Source: Cyanophora paradoxa CCMP329
Lineage: Eukaryota > Plantae > Glaucophyta
NCBI GenBank assembly: GCA_004431415.1
Contig: QPMI01000197.1
Span: 1-64,000, forward strand
Reading direction: 5' to 3'
Length of the DNA stretch: 64,000 nucleotides
The stretch's first letter is position 1, and every line of letters starts with the position of its first letter. Shown piece by piece: positions 37,001 to 48,681 of this stretch. The position numbers and the translations under genes were made by a program. The notes under the pieces were generated by a model that was not told the DNA's origin, searched no databases, and saw only the letters and a list, made by a program, of their open reading frames with translations.

Positions 37001-39861
37001 TCTTGTTCGTTCCCGCGCGTTTCCTCGCTCGTGATCTGACGGGTACGCGGCAAGATCCGGGGGATGAAATCGCTGGTGTCGTTCCTTCCGGGGTCCTCGT
37101 CGGGGCAGCCGTCGCCCACTGGCTCCGAGGAGGACGAGCCGGGGGACCCGCGCCCCGCCCCGCCGCACGAGGGCGCAGAGGGACCCGGGGGGGAGGCCCC
37201 GCGGGGGGGTACGGAATCCGAGCCCCGCGAGGCGGCGGCGCCCCGCGAGCCGCAGGCGGACCCCGAGAGGGCGCGCGTGCCCTCCCCGGGGCCGGACGCC
37301 GACGCGCCGTCGCCGCAGCCGTTGCCGGGCCGCCCGAGTCGGCGCAGCCGTCGAGGAAAGCGGCGCGGCTCGCCGCGCCGCAGCCGCTCGACGTTGCAGG
37401 CGACCGTTCCCCCTCCCCTTCCCCTCCTCCCGTCGCCGGTCGCGGCGGCGGCCGGGGCCGCGCGGGCGGCCGCAGCGAAGTCGCCGCAGGGGCAGGGGCC
37501 GGCGGGCGTGCAGAGGGGCCAGCGGTCCCCGGCCCTGGGAAGGCGGCGCCCTCGATCGGGAGCGCTGCCTCCCTGGAGGCCGCCCCCGCCCCGGACGCGG
37601 CGGGGCTCCTGGCGACCCTCAAGCCCCGCCCGCGCTGCCGCCCGCCGCCGCCGCCGGCGCCGCCGCGCCCCACCCGTCAACAACGGCGGCGGCGGCGTCG
37701 GCTTCTCCCCCCGCCGCCGCCTCCGTCCCGGGCTCTCGCCCCGACTCCTTCAGCTGGCAGCAGCCGGACCAGCGGCGGCCCTCGACGAGCGATGGCCTCG
37801 CCGGCTCGAGCCTCCTCCCGCCGGGCGCTGTCATCGCCGGCATCAGGTCCGCCCGTCCTCCGCCCGCCCGCCCGCTGCGCTGCGCCGCACAGAAGATGCT
37901 TGCTGGCCGCTCTGTCTACCCTTACATCTCTGCCCACCTGTCCTTGACCCGCCCGCGTGCAGGCGGGCGTCGACGGCGGCGAGCCTGCCGCGCACCTACT
38001 CCGGCACCTCCCTCGCATCCACCGTCCTCCTCAACCCGCCCAAGTGAGTGAGACTCCACTGAGCCTCCTCTAACAGACCCCTTCCTCTCTCTACCCCCTC
38101 GAATCTTCTTCCGCCCCTCACGCCCCTCGCAGACGGCGCCGGCGGGCCCGCCGAAGCGGCCGAGCGGCCTGAGCGCCCTCCAGGTGCGCCCTGCAGGCGG
38201 CCGTCCCAAGAGGCTTGAATCTGGCCGGACCTGGACTTGACGCTAGAGCCTAAAGAGCCTAGAGAACGCCCGCCGAGGGGCCCCGGGCCCGGCACCCCGC
38301 CGCCCGCCGCGCCCTCCTCCTCATCGCGGGGGCAGGCGCTGCTGGACGCGAGCCCCGTGGTCTTCGACGCGGAGGAGCTCGCCCGCGAGGAGCGCCGCCT
38401 CCGCCGCCGCCGCCGGTGCGAGCCGCCCGGCCCCGCACCGGCCCCGGCGCCAGGTCGTCGCTAGCTGTAGCCGTCTAGAGCTACTGCACCGTGAATGCTA
38501 GAGAACGAGGCCTCTTCTGACGGTGGCGCGCAGGCTGGCGCGGCAGGCGGCGGCGGAGGCGCGGGCGGACGCGGAGCGCGTGGCGACGCCGGCGGCCCTG
38601 CAGCAGCTGCAGCTGCAGCACTCAGCGACGGCCCCGGGGGCGCTTGGCCTGGCGCCGGGCCTCGCGGGGGCGGTGGCGCAGCTCGCCGCGCGGCGCATGT
38701 CGCGGCGCATGTCCCTCATGAAGCTCGCCGAGCTGGCCGCGCAGGGCGCCGAGGTCTCCGCCTTTCTGAGGTGCCGCCATCCTCCCTTCGGCGCGTCCGC
38801 AGAGGCTCACTTCGTTCGCCGCGGCGCAGCTCGGACGGCTCGCCGCTGCGGCAGGCGGTGGGCGGCGGCGGCGGGGCCGGCGCGTGGAGCGAGGAGAGCA
38901 GCTCGGGGAGCAGCGCGGAGGAGGCGGCCGCCAACTCGGCCCAGGAAGAGGACGAGGCCGAAGAGGAGAGGATGCGCGAGGCGCGCCCGCCGCTGTTTGC
39001 TGTTGTTTGATTCCGTTTGCTGTCCGCTGATGGTGGTCCCGGGTACAGGAGGACCCGCTGAACCTCACGGGCTGGGCGAACGCTCGCCAGGCCAAGAAGG
39101 CGCGGCACCGGGGGGCGGGGGCGGGGCCCGCGGCCCCCGGGCAGGAGGGCAGGGCGGCCGCCGCGGCTGCGGCGAAGGGGCCGCTCAAGTCGGGCGGCGT
39201 GGGGGCCCGCCTCTTCCGGAAGTACATGGCGGTACCCCTCCCGTCCATGCGGCTCCTCAGGGAGCGCGGCTCCCGCTCCCCCTCCCCGGACTCCCGCTCG
39301 GCTTCTCCCCCCCGGGCCCAGACCGCCGCCGGCCGCGTCCGCGTCTCTACCCCCCTCGACCCCGTCCACCAGGCCGTGCGCGTACCCCCATTCCCCCTCC
39401 GTCTCGCCCCCGGCCCGCTCCCCTTGACCGGGGTACGGCAGGCTCTGGACTTTGCGAACGCGCGGGCGGAGGCGCGGAGGCTGCGGCACGAGGCCGGCAT
39501 GAGCGCGTCCGCGGGGAGCCTCTCCTTCGGCGATCTACCCCCTCCGCCTGGCGACCTCCCGCCGGGCCTCAGATACGTACCCCCGCCGCGGAACAGGCGG
39601 GCGTCCACGGCGGACGGGGTACGCCGCTCCTCCGCGTCGGGCGGGGGCCGCCGGAGGAGCAGCATACTGGCGCCCGCCGGATCCGAACCGCCGCCCGCCG
39701 GCGCCGGCGCCGGGCTGGGGCCTCAGGGGCGGGGCCAGGGGCACCTCTCGGTCACGCAGTCGGCCCCCTCGCTCGGGGGCCTGGGCCTGCGCTCCGGCGC
39801 CCGCCCCGCGACGGTCCCCGCGGAGCCCGCCCGCCCGCACCTGCCCCCGGGGGCGGCGTGA
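34059..39861 (+). CDS. START (StAR-related lipid transfer) domain protein with a long low-complexity C-terminus, multi-exon; true 5' end uncertain
   Basis: The exons ANFLWDPTSRTKWDK / VVDELERTTRVDYV / MFVIAYRSVIHKK / GQFIRAHVFKG / GFIVREVDERSSELTYVIQMDVK follow the START pattern (R.KWD; RSV.H; RA; TYV...D.K). Confidence 0.75.
35288..35993. repeat. 353-bp exact tandem duplication inside the START gene
   Basis: gcaaacttcctgtgggaccc starts at 35288 and again at 35641. The copies look identical. Confidence 0.95.
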
Positions 39862-40429
39862 CTCTCTCTAGTACACGAGTGATCCCCGGGGGCGACGTGA
39901 CTCTAGCGCGATTTCTTGCTCTTCTGTACACTATGGTTTCGTCCTTATTCTAGTTAGCGTTGTGTCTTATATATTCCGGCATCCCACTGAGCCTGCCCGG
40001 CGGCCAAACGTTAACCCGAGCCCCGATCGCGAGCCCGAGCTACCCTCGCAGTCGATCTCGCCGAAAAACATCGTACAGACAGACTCATGATCAAAGACAG
40101 ACTCTTAGGCAGCTAGGACAGAACCGCTAGACAAGAATCACAATTTGGAAGGACAAATTACGTCCAGCCGCCTGAACAATTCAACCGAATTCGAAGGGAA
40201 ATCTAAGACTTTGGCGGATGCGGAGCGCCGGGCCTCGCGGAGGAGGGCTGAAGCACCCGCGGCCTCCTCGAGGAGGGAGGAAGGGGGGAGGGAAGGGCCG
40301 GGGAGGGAGGCGGGCCGGAGCCGGGCCCCGCCCGGCGGCGAGGGGAAGCGAGCGGGCGAGGGCCTGGGGCCGACGGCTTAAGCTTGGCTCGCGGGGGGCG
40401 AAGCGGAGCCGGGCGGCCGGGCGGGGCCC

Positions 40430-42004
40430 TCAGCGGCGGGCGCCCTCCTCGCAGGCCTCGAGCAGGAGCCGGAGGCTGACCCGCCGGAAGGCCGCCTCCG
40501 CGCAGCACGGGATCGCCACGCGGGCAAAGACGAGCCGCAGGTCGGACGGGATCTCCCCCGCTGAGGGGCGATCGAATTCGGTTGGCTGGCGGGGTGGTTC
40601 TGGGGCGGGGGCGCACGGGCGGGGAAGCGGCAGGACTTCTCGTCGTGGAGGAGGACGATGTTCTTCCCCGCCCGCGCCGCGTGCCGCACCTCGCCCAGCA
40701 CGTACTGGCTCGCCAGCACGTCTGCGCAGCGCAGGGTCCGAGAAGATCAGACGCCGCCGGGCACGAGAACAGCCGCGCGGACCCTGAGAGATGATGAGGA
40801 CGACGCTCGCGGAGGCGTCGATGATGTTCTCGAGCCTGCGGGGCGGGGGGCCGGCCCGGGTGAGAGCGCGGCGAGCACTCCAACTCGAGAGGCGCGCACT
40901 GGTGGAGCTCGAGGCGGGAGTCGTCGACGTCGAGGAAGACGCGGAGGCCGGGGCGGGCCTGCTCGAGCTGGAGCTTGAGGGCGAGGGCGAGGTGGCCGGC
41001 CGAGGACTGCTTGTGCGAGAGGAAGACGTCGTACTGCGTCGCTGCGGCGGGGGGTGAGGCTTGGGCGGGGCCGGCTGCTCCGGGGTGGTGCACGGACCGG
41101 GGGCCGGGGCGGCGGGGCGCACCGCGGGGGCGGAGGCGGGGAGGGAGCGGAGGGATCCGAGGCGTTCAGGCGTTCAGAGGGGGTTGCCGCTCACGTCCAG
41201 CGTCTGCAGACGGGAGAGGCGGCCGATCTCCGGCGGCAGCGCCGCCAGCTGATTTTTCTCCACGCTCAGCTTCTGCAGGTTGGAGAGGCGGCAGATCTCC
41301 GGCGGCAGCGCCGTCAGCTGGTTGTTGCTCACGTACAGCTCCTGCAGGTTGGAGAGGCGGCCGATCTCGGGCGGCAGCGCCGTCAGCTGGTTGTTGCTCA
41401 CGTACAGCTCCTGCAGGATGGAGAGGCAGCCGATCTCCGGCGGCAGCGCCGTCAGCTTGTTGTCGCTCACGTTCAGCCACCTCAGGTCGGCGAGGCGGCC
41501 GATCTCCGGCGGCAGCGCCATGAGCTGGTTGCCGCTCACGCCCAGCACCTGCAGGGCGGCGAGGCGGCCGATCTCGGGCGGCAGCGCCGTAAGCTGGTTG
41601 CCGCTCACGCCCAGCGTCTGCAGGTTGGAGAGGCGGCCGATCTCGGGCGGCAGCGCCGTCAGCTGGTTGTCGTTCACGTACAGCGTCTGCAGGGCGGCGA
41701 GGCGGCCGATCTCCGACGGAAGCGTCGTCAGCTGGTTGCTCTGCACGTTCAGCCACCTCAAGGCCGCGAGGCGGCCGATCTCCGGCGGCAGGTCCGTCAG
41801 CCGGTTGTTGGTCAACCACAGCCACTCCAGGTTCGTCAGCTTCGCGAGCTCGGCCCCCGGGATGCGCGTGAGCTTGTTCTCGCCAAGCTCGAGCCAGCGG
41901 ATATTCTCGGGCCCCGCCGCCGCGATCTCCGCCGCCGGCCACTCCTCCCGGTCCTTCCCCCCCAGGTCCAGCTTCCCCTCCGCCGGGATCCACTCCTTGC
42001 CCAT
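40430..42004 (-). CDS. LRR-TIR gene B1 (TIR type B, SARM1/TIR_2-like) with an in-frame TGA between LRR and TIR
   Basis: ATG at 42004 (MGKEWIPAEGKLDL) is followed by 9 LP(P/S)EI modules ending GNPL-TGA (41174). TIR exons read YDVFLSHKQSSAGHLALALKLQLEQARPGLRVFLDVDDSRLELH / LENIIDASASVVLIISQ / VLASQYVLGEVRHAARAGKNIVLLHDEKSCRFP / EIPSDLRLVFARVAIPCCAEAAFRR...EEGARR*. Confidence 0.8.
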
Positions 42005-44636
42005 GCCTGCGGGGCGGTCAGCGGCAGAAGCGCGCCGCGGGGAGCGCGCCCCTGCCCCGCCCGGCGGGTCCCCAGCCTGCGGGGGGCCGCCCGACAGCGC
42101 CATAGCACGCTTATAGGCGCCCCGCGCGGCCCAGAGCGAAGCGATTCGAATTCGTTGGTTCTAGACCGGGATCCCCCCAGCGGCAACTAGCAAGCAATCC
42201 AGGCCATGCGCCCGCCCTGAGGAGCGCACCTTCGACGGATCGCCTTCCCGCAGAAGAGCCGAGCTTTCGGAACCGACGGAGCCCGCCCGGTCAGAGATTC
42301 CTTGCCGGTCGCGCGCTGTCTGCTGGCTGCTCGCCCGCTGCTCTGTGCAGGGAGCTGTGAGCGAACGAGAGGCGAGCGATGCAAGAAACCCGTCGGCTTC
42401 GCACCTGCCGCGATAAACAACGCCTACACCGCCGTAACACCGAGGCCCTCTGCGGCGTCGGTACGTACACGCCGTTCTCGGCCGTCCGAGGCCGTCCGAG
42501 GCCCGGAGGCCGAAGCGCCGGGGTACGGGGTCACTAGTAAAAGGGGGGTCGCCGGAGCCTGTTTCCATGCATCTTTCAGCGCTGCGCATGCCTTTTCACG
42601 GACCTGTCAGCGCTGCGCATGCCTTTTCACTTCAGTACTTCCCTTCTGTCAGTCCTTCTGTACTCCAGCAGGGAAGTCCTTCTGTACTCCAGCACTACCA
42701 GCAGGCTGGCAGCAGCACGCAGCCGAATCAGCAGCGAAGCTCTGGTCTCCGGCTTCGGCGATCGGGACGCGGGCGAGACTCGGACCCGGCAGCCGCGGCG
42801 CTAGCGGGGGCTATGGCGGATCGGACTCCGGCCGCGGGAGCACAGCGCGCGGCGGATCGGAGCACAGCGCCGGTCCGACCCGCACCTCGCGTCGGCCGTC
42901 CTAGTGGCGCTAGCTATTGACCTATTGACGCCGGCTTCACGGACGCCATGCCGGAGGAGCGCCGGCCGATTTCCAGCGGTATACGCGTACGTAGCGCTCC
43001 GACGGCCTGCAGCTGCAGCTGCGCGGGCTGCCGCAGTGCGCGCGGCGCGGGACGGCGGGGCGCCTCCGCCGCAGCGCCGATCGCGAGGGCGCCCGGCCGG
43101 GGCCCCTAGGGAGAGTGGCGGTCGCTAGGGAAGCGTAGCGCGCGCGAGGCGGACTCCGGGGCAGGGCGGAGTGGCGGCCATCTAACTTAGGACGCCGAGG
43201 CGCGAAGCGCGAGCACCCCGGGCACGCCGCCGGACCCGGCCCCTCCCCCTCTCCCTCCGAGACTCCGCGCCCGGAGGAGAGAGGGCGCGCGCCCGCCCCG
43301 TACCCCTCCCGCCGACCCCTCTTCTTCTCGGGACCAGGGCCCGCCTCGCCGCCCCCCCCCCCCCCCCCCCCGGGCCTCGAGGTGGCCCCCTCCACACCGT
43401 ACCCCTTCGTCCCCAATCCCCGCTTATCCCCCGCGGCCTCGCCCCCCCACCCCCCCCACACACACACACACACCCCCACCCCCCACCCCCGCCTCGCCCC
43501 CACGCCCTCGCCTCGCAGATCGCAGGCTTGTGGCACCGGCCCCCGTGCCTCCCGCAGGCCTCGCTGCCCGCTCTCCCCCCGCCGCCCCGGGCCGCCCCGG
43601 GCCGCTGTCTCGGGGCCGTCTGAGCCGTCCCGCCCCGGCTCTCCCCCGGCCGCCCCTCCCTCCCCCCCCTGCCTTTTCCTGTCCCTCGCGCTGGCCCCGC
43701 CCCGGCACGCCTCTCGATCTACGCCCATCCTCTCTTCGCTCCCTTCCGCCCAGCCCTCTTCGCTTTCAGCCCCCCTCGAGGCTCGCCCGTTTAGCTCCCG
43801 GCCTCCCCAGCTGCAGTCCCACGCAGCCTTTCGGGCTCTTCCCCCCGGCGGCCCCCCAAGCTGCCTCGTCTCCGAGTCGGCGCCTCGACTGAATGTAGCG
43901 GATCCGGATCCTCCCACGGAACCTCCCGGGCCCTCTAGATCTCCCCCCCCCCCCCCCCCCTCCACGCCGCCTCCGGATCCTGCACGGGCCCGGAGCCTCG
44001 GAGGCGACGCGACTCCCTTGCTCTTTATTCTGTATACCGTACGTATACTATGTTCTTGTACATGTCCTTATTCCGAGGTTCTAGTTGTGTTTTAAGCCTA
44101 TGTATTCTGATCGCGCCTTGTAATTACTCTAGTTGTATTCTAGATCTGACTCCGGATCCGTGACAGCGCATGCCGCAGTGCAGCCTCGAGATCCGAGAGG
44201 TGAACCTGCGAAGCTCTCTGCCGCAGTGCCACAGCTCCACTGCGGCACTGCAATTGCTCTGCGCCGGTCCCGGGGACGCTCATGACTCAGCCTGCAGCTG
44301 GGGGGTGTGTGATCCGATCCACTGGCCATGGGCCATGATCATCGGATGCTCAGCCTGCCAGGCTGGCAGCTGCAGCCTGTCAGCGGTCAGCTGCAGATCA
44401 CGATCGCTGCCAGGCCGATCATGAGTCATGAACACGATCCGATGCCATGATGATCAGCTGCAGCTGCAGCTCCGAGGCTCGGGATCCTCAGCGATTATTC
44501 TAGATATCGTTGACTGTTTCATGATCATGATCATGATTAGCTGTATGCCCGGATAGCCCAGGTCGGCCCTTGAGCTTGGAGGCTTCCCTTCCTTCCTTTC
44601 CTTCCTTCCAATAACACTTCGCGGACACTGTCCTGC

Positions 44637-46054
44637 CTACTTCCGCTTGGCGCCGGCGGGGGGCGTCTTGCGGGCCACCTCCGAGCGGCTCGCCGGCCGC
44701 GTGGGGGCCGCCTCCTTCGGCGGCTCGGGCTCCGCTGGCTTGGCCGCCTCCGCCAGGGGCGCCGGCGGCGGCGGCGTCTCCGCGCCGGCTGCGACCGGAC
44801 CGGAGGCGCGCGCGGTTAATTTAACATCTCGGTACTTGTAAATATTCGTGCATGCAAGCGTGCTTCCCCGCCTCCCGTTATCCATGCTAGATCAAAGCGA
44901 GTCGTAATGGAGAATGAGATCAACTGCCCAATTGTGTCCCAACATATACAGCTCTACTCAGCCTCGGCATCGACATTGGCTTCAATTGCGAGCTTCGTCG
45001 TGAGCTCGAGCTCCCGCCGCCAGGAGTGCCTTCCGCAGGGCCTCCAGCCCCCTTTGGCAAAGGTAGCGGCGGTAAAAACCCGCCTGCGCCAGCAGAGCTA
45101 GACGCTCGTCGGCACCGACGCCCACCCTTCGCACCTCCACGCGTCAGTTTCAGGCCACTCGGAGTTACAATTGCAACCGCAGCGCTCACCAGCCTTCGAA
45201 GCAGGCCACATTCGCCGCGTCCTCGTCGTAGTCGGTCAGGTTGCTGAGCTGAGGTTCGGAAGTCGAAGGCGGCACCGATCGCTCCCAGCATGTTTTCTCC
45301 TTGGCGAACACCTCGAGGAGGCCAGCCCAGCTGACGGTCAATACAGCATGCGGCCCTGCGCCCTCGAGCTCGGGGGGGGGGGGGGGGGGGGGGGATGGGG
45401 GCGCAGGCGTGAGCTAAGCGCGGCGCAGGCGGACCTTGGGCGGGGCGGGGGCGGCTCGAAGGCGCCGATGTACTCGTCGCCGTTGGCGTACAGCATGCGG
45501 CCCTGCGCCTTCGAGCTCAGGCGAGGAAGAGGCGGGGGGAAGAGGGGGACTGAGTTCCAAGAGGGGGGAGGGGAGGAGGCGGGGGCTGCGAGCCCCCCCC
45601 CTTGAAGTACGATTGGTATAGATCTTAGTACGGGCTTAGTCGTTTTCTTCAATAGTAGATCTTAGCCTGATCTTAGTAGATTCTCTGATTCTTGGGCTTA
45701 GGCTTCTTAATAGGCTTGAGCTCAGGCCGCACCCGGCCGCACTTGAAGTCGCCGGCCCATTCCCCCTCGTACACGTCCCCGTTCCTGTCCGTCGGGGCGC
45801 GTCAGATGAGGCGGAAGCGGGGGGGGGGGGGAGGCGGGGGGGGGGGGGGTAACGGACATGTAGCGCATGGTGCCGGTGCCGTGCCGCTTGTTGTCGAGCC
45901 AGTCCCCTGCGCGGGGATATGGGGGGGGGGGAGAAAGGGGGGTACGCGGCCCGCCCGCCCGCACCCTCGTAGGTCTCCCAGACGGTCTCCTCCTCTGCCG
46001 CCGGTTCGGCTGGGGCGGGCGGGCTGCTGCTGCCCCTCCGCCCCTCCGCCCCCT

Positions 46055-46088
<34 letters not shown>

Positions 46089-48441
46089 TGCCGCCGGCGC
46101 CGCCGGCGCCGGCGCGGCCTCCGAGGGGGCGGTACCCGGCCGCGAGACGGGCGGGGAGGGCGCCGGCGAGGGCGAGGGGCCGGAAGGGACAAAAGGCTGC
46201 CCAGATGAAGCCGCCGGGACCGCCAGGGCCGCTGCTGGGGCCTGGGCCGGGGGGGCGCGCGGGGGCTTCCTGGGGTACCGCGCCGCGCCGCGGCCGGTGC
46301 GGACGCCGGACTTCTTGAAGTCTGAGCGGCGGCCCCCGCGATCAGCGTCCACACGAATAATCTCAAGCTATCAAACTAATGGACCCTTAAACCGCCCAGG
46401 ACTCCAGATTCTTAAGAAGACTAGGACCCTACCCCTCTCCCCCATAAAGCGATCGGCTCCCCCTGTGGCCAGGCCGCGCCCCGCTTTAAGCTCCAGCTCC
46501 GGCCAGGCCGCGCCGCGCCGTGCCGTGCCGCGCCGCGAGCGCTGCCCCGCTTAAAGCCATTAGACTCTTAAGCCGCCCAGGAATTAAACTATTAGATTCT
46601 TAATCTGCCCAATAGTTCCCGGCAATCAGCACGGCGAGCCACGAGCGATCCACTCCCGCTCTAAGGGACGCAAGCCCCGCCCCCCGCACGCATACGAGCG
46701 ATCCGCTCCCGCTGTGGCCAGGCCGCGCCCCGCTTAAAGCCCCCGTGCGCAATCCGCCCGCCCCCGCTTGAAGGGCCGCAACCCTCCCTCGGCCCCCGCC
46801 CGCCGCGCCGCGCACCGCCGTCGTAGAGGATGCCGTTGCGGTACTCGGCATGGCCCCCCGGGCCCTGCGCCCCGCCCCGCCCCGTGAGGCTCAGGTTGGA
46901 TTGGATTGGATAAGATCAGATTGGAGTGGATTGGATCAGATTGGATCCGGCAGGTTGGCGGGCGGGGCGCACGCTGGATTACATTACATTAGATTAGATT
47001 AGAGCGGGTTTCTCGTAGCAATATCTAAACGGCGGGGGCAGGGCGGGGGGGGGGGGGGGGGGGGGGGGGCGAGGCGCACACCGCGTTCACATTAAATTCG
47101 TTTACGCCGCGTTAGAGGCACTATGAAACGTTGGATCTAAATCAACAGTCCCGCAGCCCGGCGGGAGGCGGGAATTTTAGAGTGGTCCCGGCGGTAGGCG
47201 GGGCTACAGTGGTCAGGGGAGGCGGGAAAGCTCATAGGACGAGGCGGGGGCGGGCGGAAATCCGGAGTCCTCGCTAGATTAGATTAGGTTAGATTAAATT
47301 AGAGCGGGCGCCTCATAGCGAAGGGCAGCTTAGAAAGGGCGGGCGGGGCCGGGAATCCGGGGCGGGGCGGGGCGGGGCGCACGTCGCGGTCGCCCATGAC
47401 GAAGGGGCCGACGTACAGGACCTCCCCGTCCGGGCCCAGAGCAGGCCCGAACCTGCGCGAGAGTGGAGAGGATCGGATCGTATTGGATGGGATGGGATCG
47501 GATCAGCCCTGAGTAGCTAGCTTCGGGCTTCGAGTCTAGTCGGCTTCGAGTGGGCCGCGAGGCGGCTTGTACTTAGAAGCCCTAAATCCTTCCTTTCATT
47601 AGAAGCTCAGAAACCTAAGAAGCTAGGAGGGGAGGCGGCCAAGCCGGAAGAAAGCAGCGCGGACCGGAGGGTGCCGTGGCCGTGGCGGGCGATCGAGTGG
47701 CCGTGGGCGCCCGTGAAGGGCCCCTCGTACACGTCCCCGCTCGGGTGCTCCTCCACCCCTGCGAACGAAGCTCAGGGGAGGGTGGGGCTAGGGGAGGGGG
47801 ATGGGGGTAGGGGGGGTACCGAAGGGAAGGCCGTCCTCGAGCCACTCGCCCGAGAAGCGGCTGCCCGTCTCGGCGACGGTGAGCGCGCCCTGCTCAGATC
47901 AGATCAGATCAGATCAGATCAGATCGGATCAGATCAGATCAAATCAGATCGGATCTGATCTGGTTCTGCTCACCTGACCCTGACGGACGCCCTGGTTCCA
48001 CTCGCCCTCGTATTTGTCCCCGTTCGTGTACAGCATAACGCCCCGCCCTGTGCTATTTTCAGAAAGTGGGGGGGGGAAGAGTCGAGGGGTACGGGCTCGC
48101 ACCGTGCCGCACGTTGCGGCGCCAGTCGCCCGTGTACACACGGCCGTCCCAGTACGTCATCGTACCCCCCGCCCCGTCCATCGAGCCCTCCCTCCACGGG
48201 CCCTGCACCCCGGGTCGTTTCGGGCGGGGGGGGGGGGGGGAGAAGAGGACGAAGGGGGGTACGGGAACCTGGTAGACGTCGCCGTTGGAGAACTTCATGA
48301 GGCCCGAAGGACCGGTCATCTGACCGTCCACCCACGGCCCCTCGTACACCTGTACCCCCGGGGAAACAAGTCATAAGCCTCTCAAAGGAGTGGGGGGAAG
48401 GAGTTAAGGAGGGGTACGCACGTCTCCGCCCTGGAAGCGGC
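44637..48441 (-). pseudogene. 5'-truncated duplicate of the MORN-repeat gene
   Basis: The exons YEGPWVDGQMTGPSGLMKFSNGDVYQ, GTMTYWDGRVYTGDWRRNVRHG and GRMLYANGDEYIG and the end RKTPPAGAKRK* match 56275-59303. Homology stops abruptly after gccctggaagcggc (48441 vs about 59303). Confidence 0.85.
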
Positions 48442-48681
48442 CCCCTCCACACCCCCCCCCCCCCCCCCCCCCCCCCCCGCTCTGTATTGGCTACATTAAG
48501 CCGTATTGGCGTATTGTTAATAGCCACGTTAAGCCACACACATATAAATATCTGTGGAACCTCAGGGGCCTATCATAACTCGAAGCTGAATTGGAAAGTT
48601 ACCCCATTGAATCAATATATAAACAGACCAACCAACCAGACGCTCCAACTGGCTTCTCTCCAACTTGGCCCGCTAGCGCGG

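Noticed and set aside
41054-42190. Long antisense ORFs over LRR arrays (also 49686..50783, 54751..55587)
   Set aside because: They are shadows of a GC-rich 69-bp periodic coding strand with no independent protein signal.
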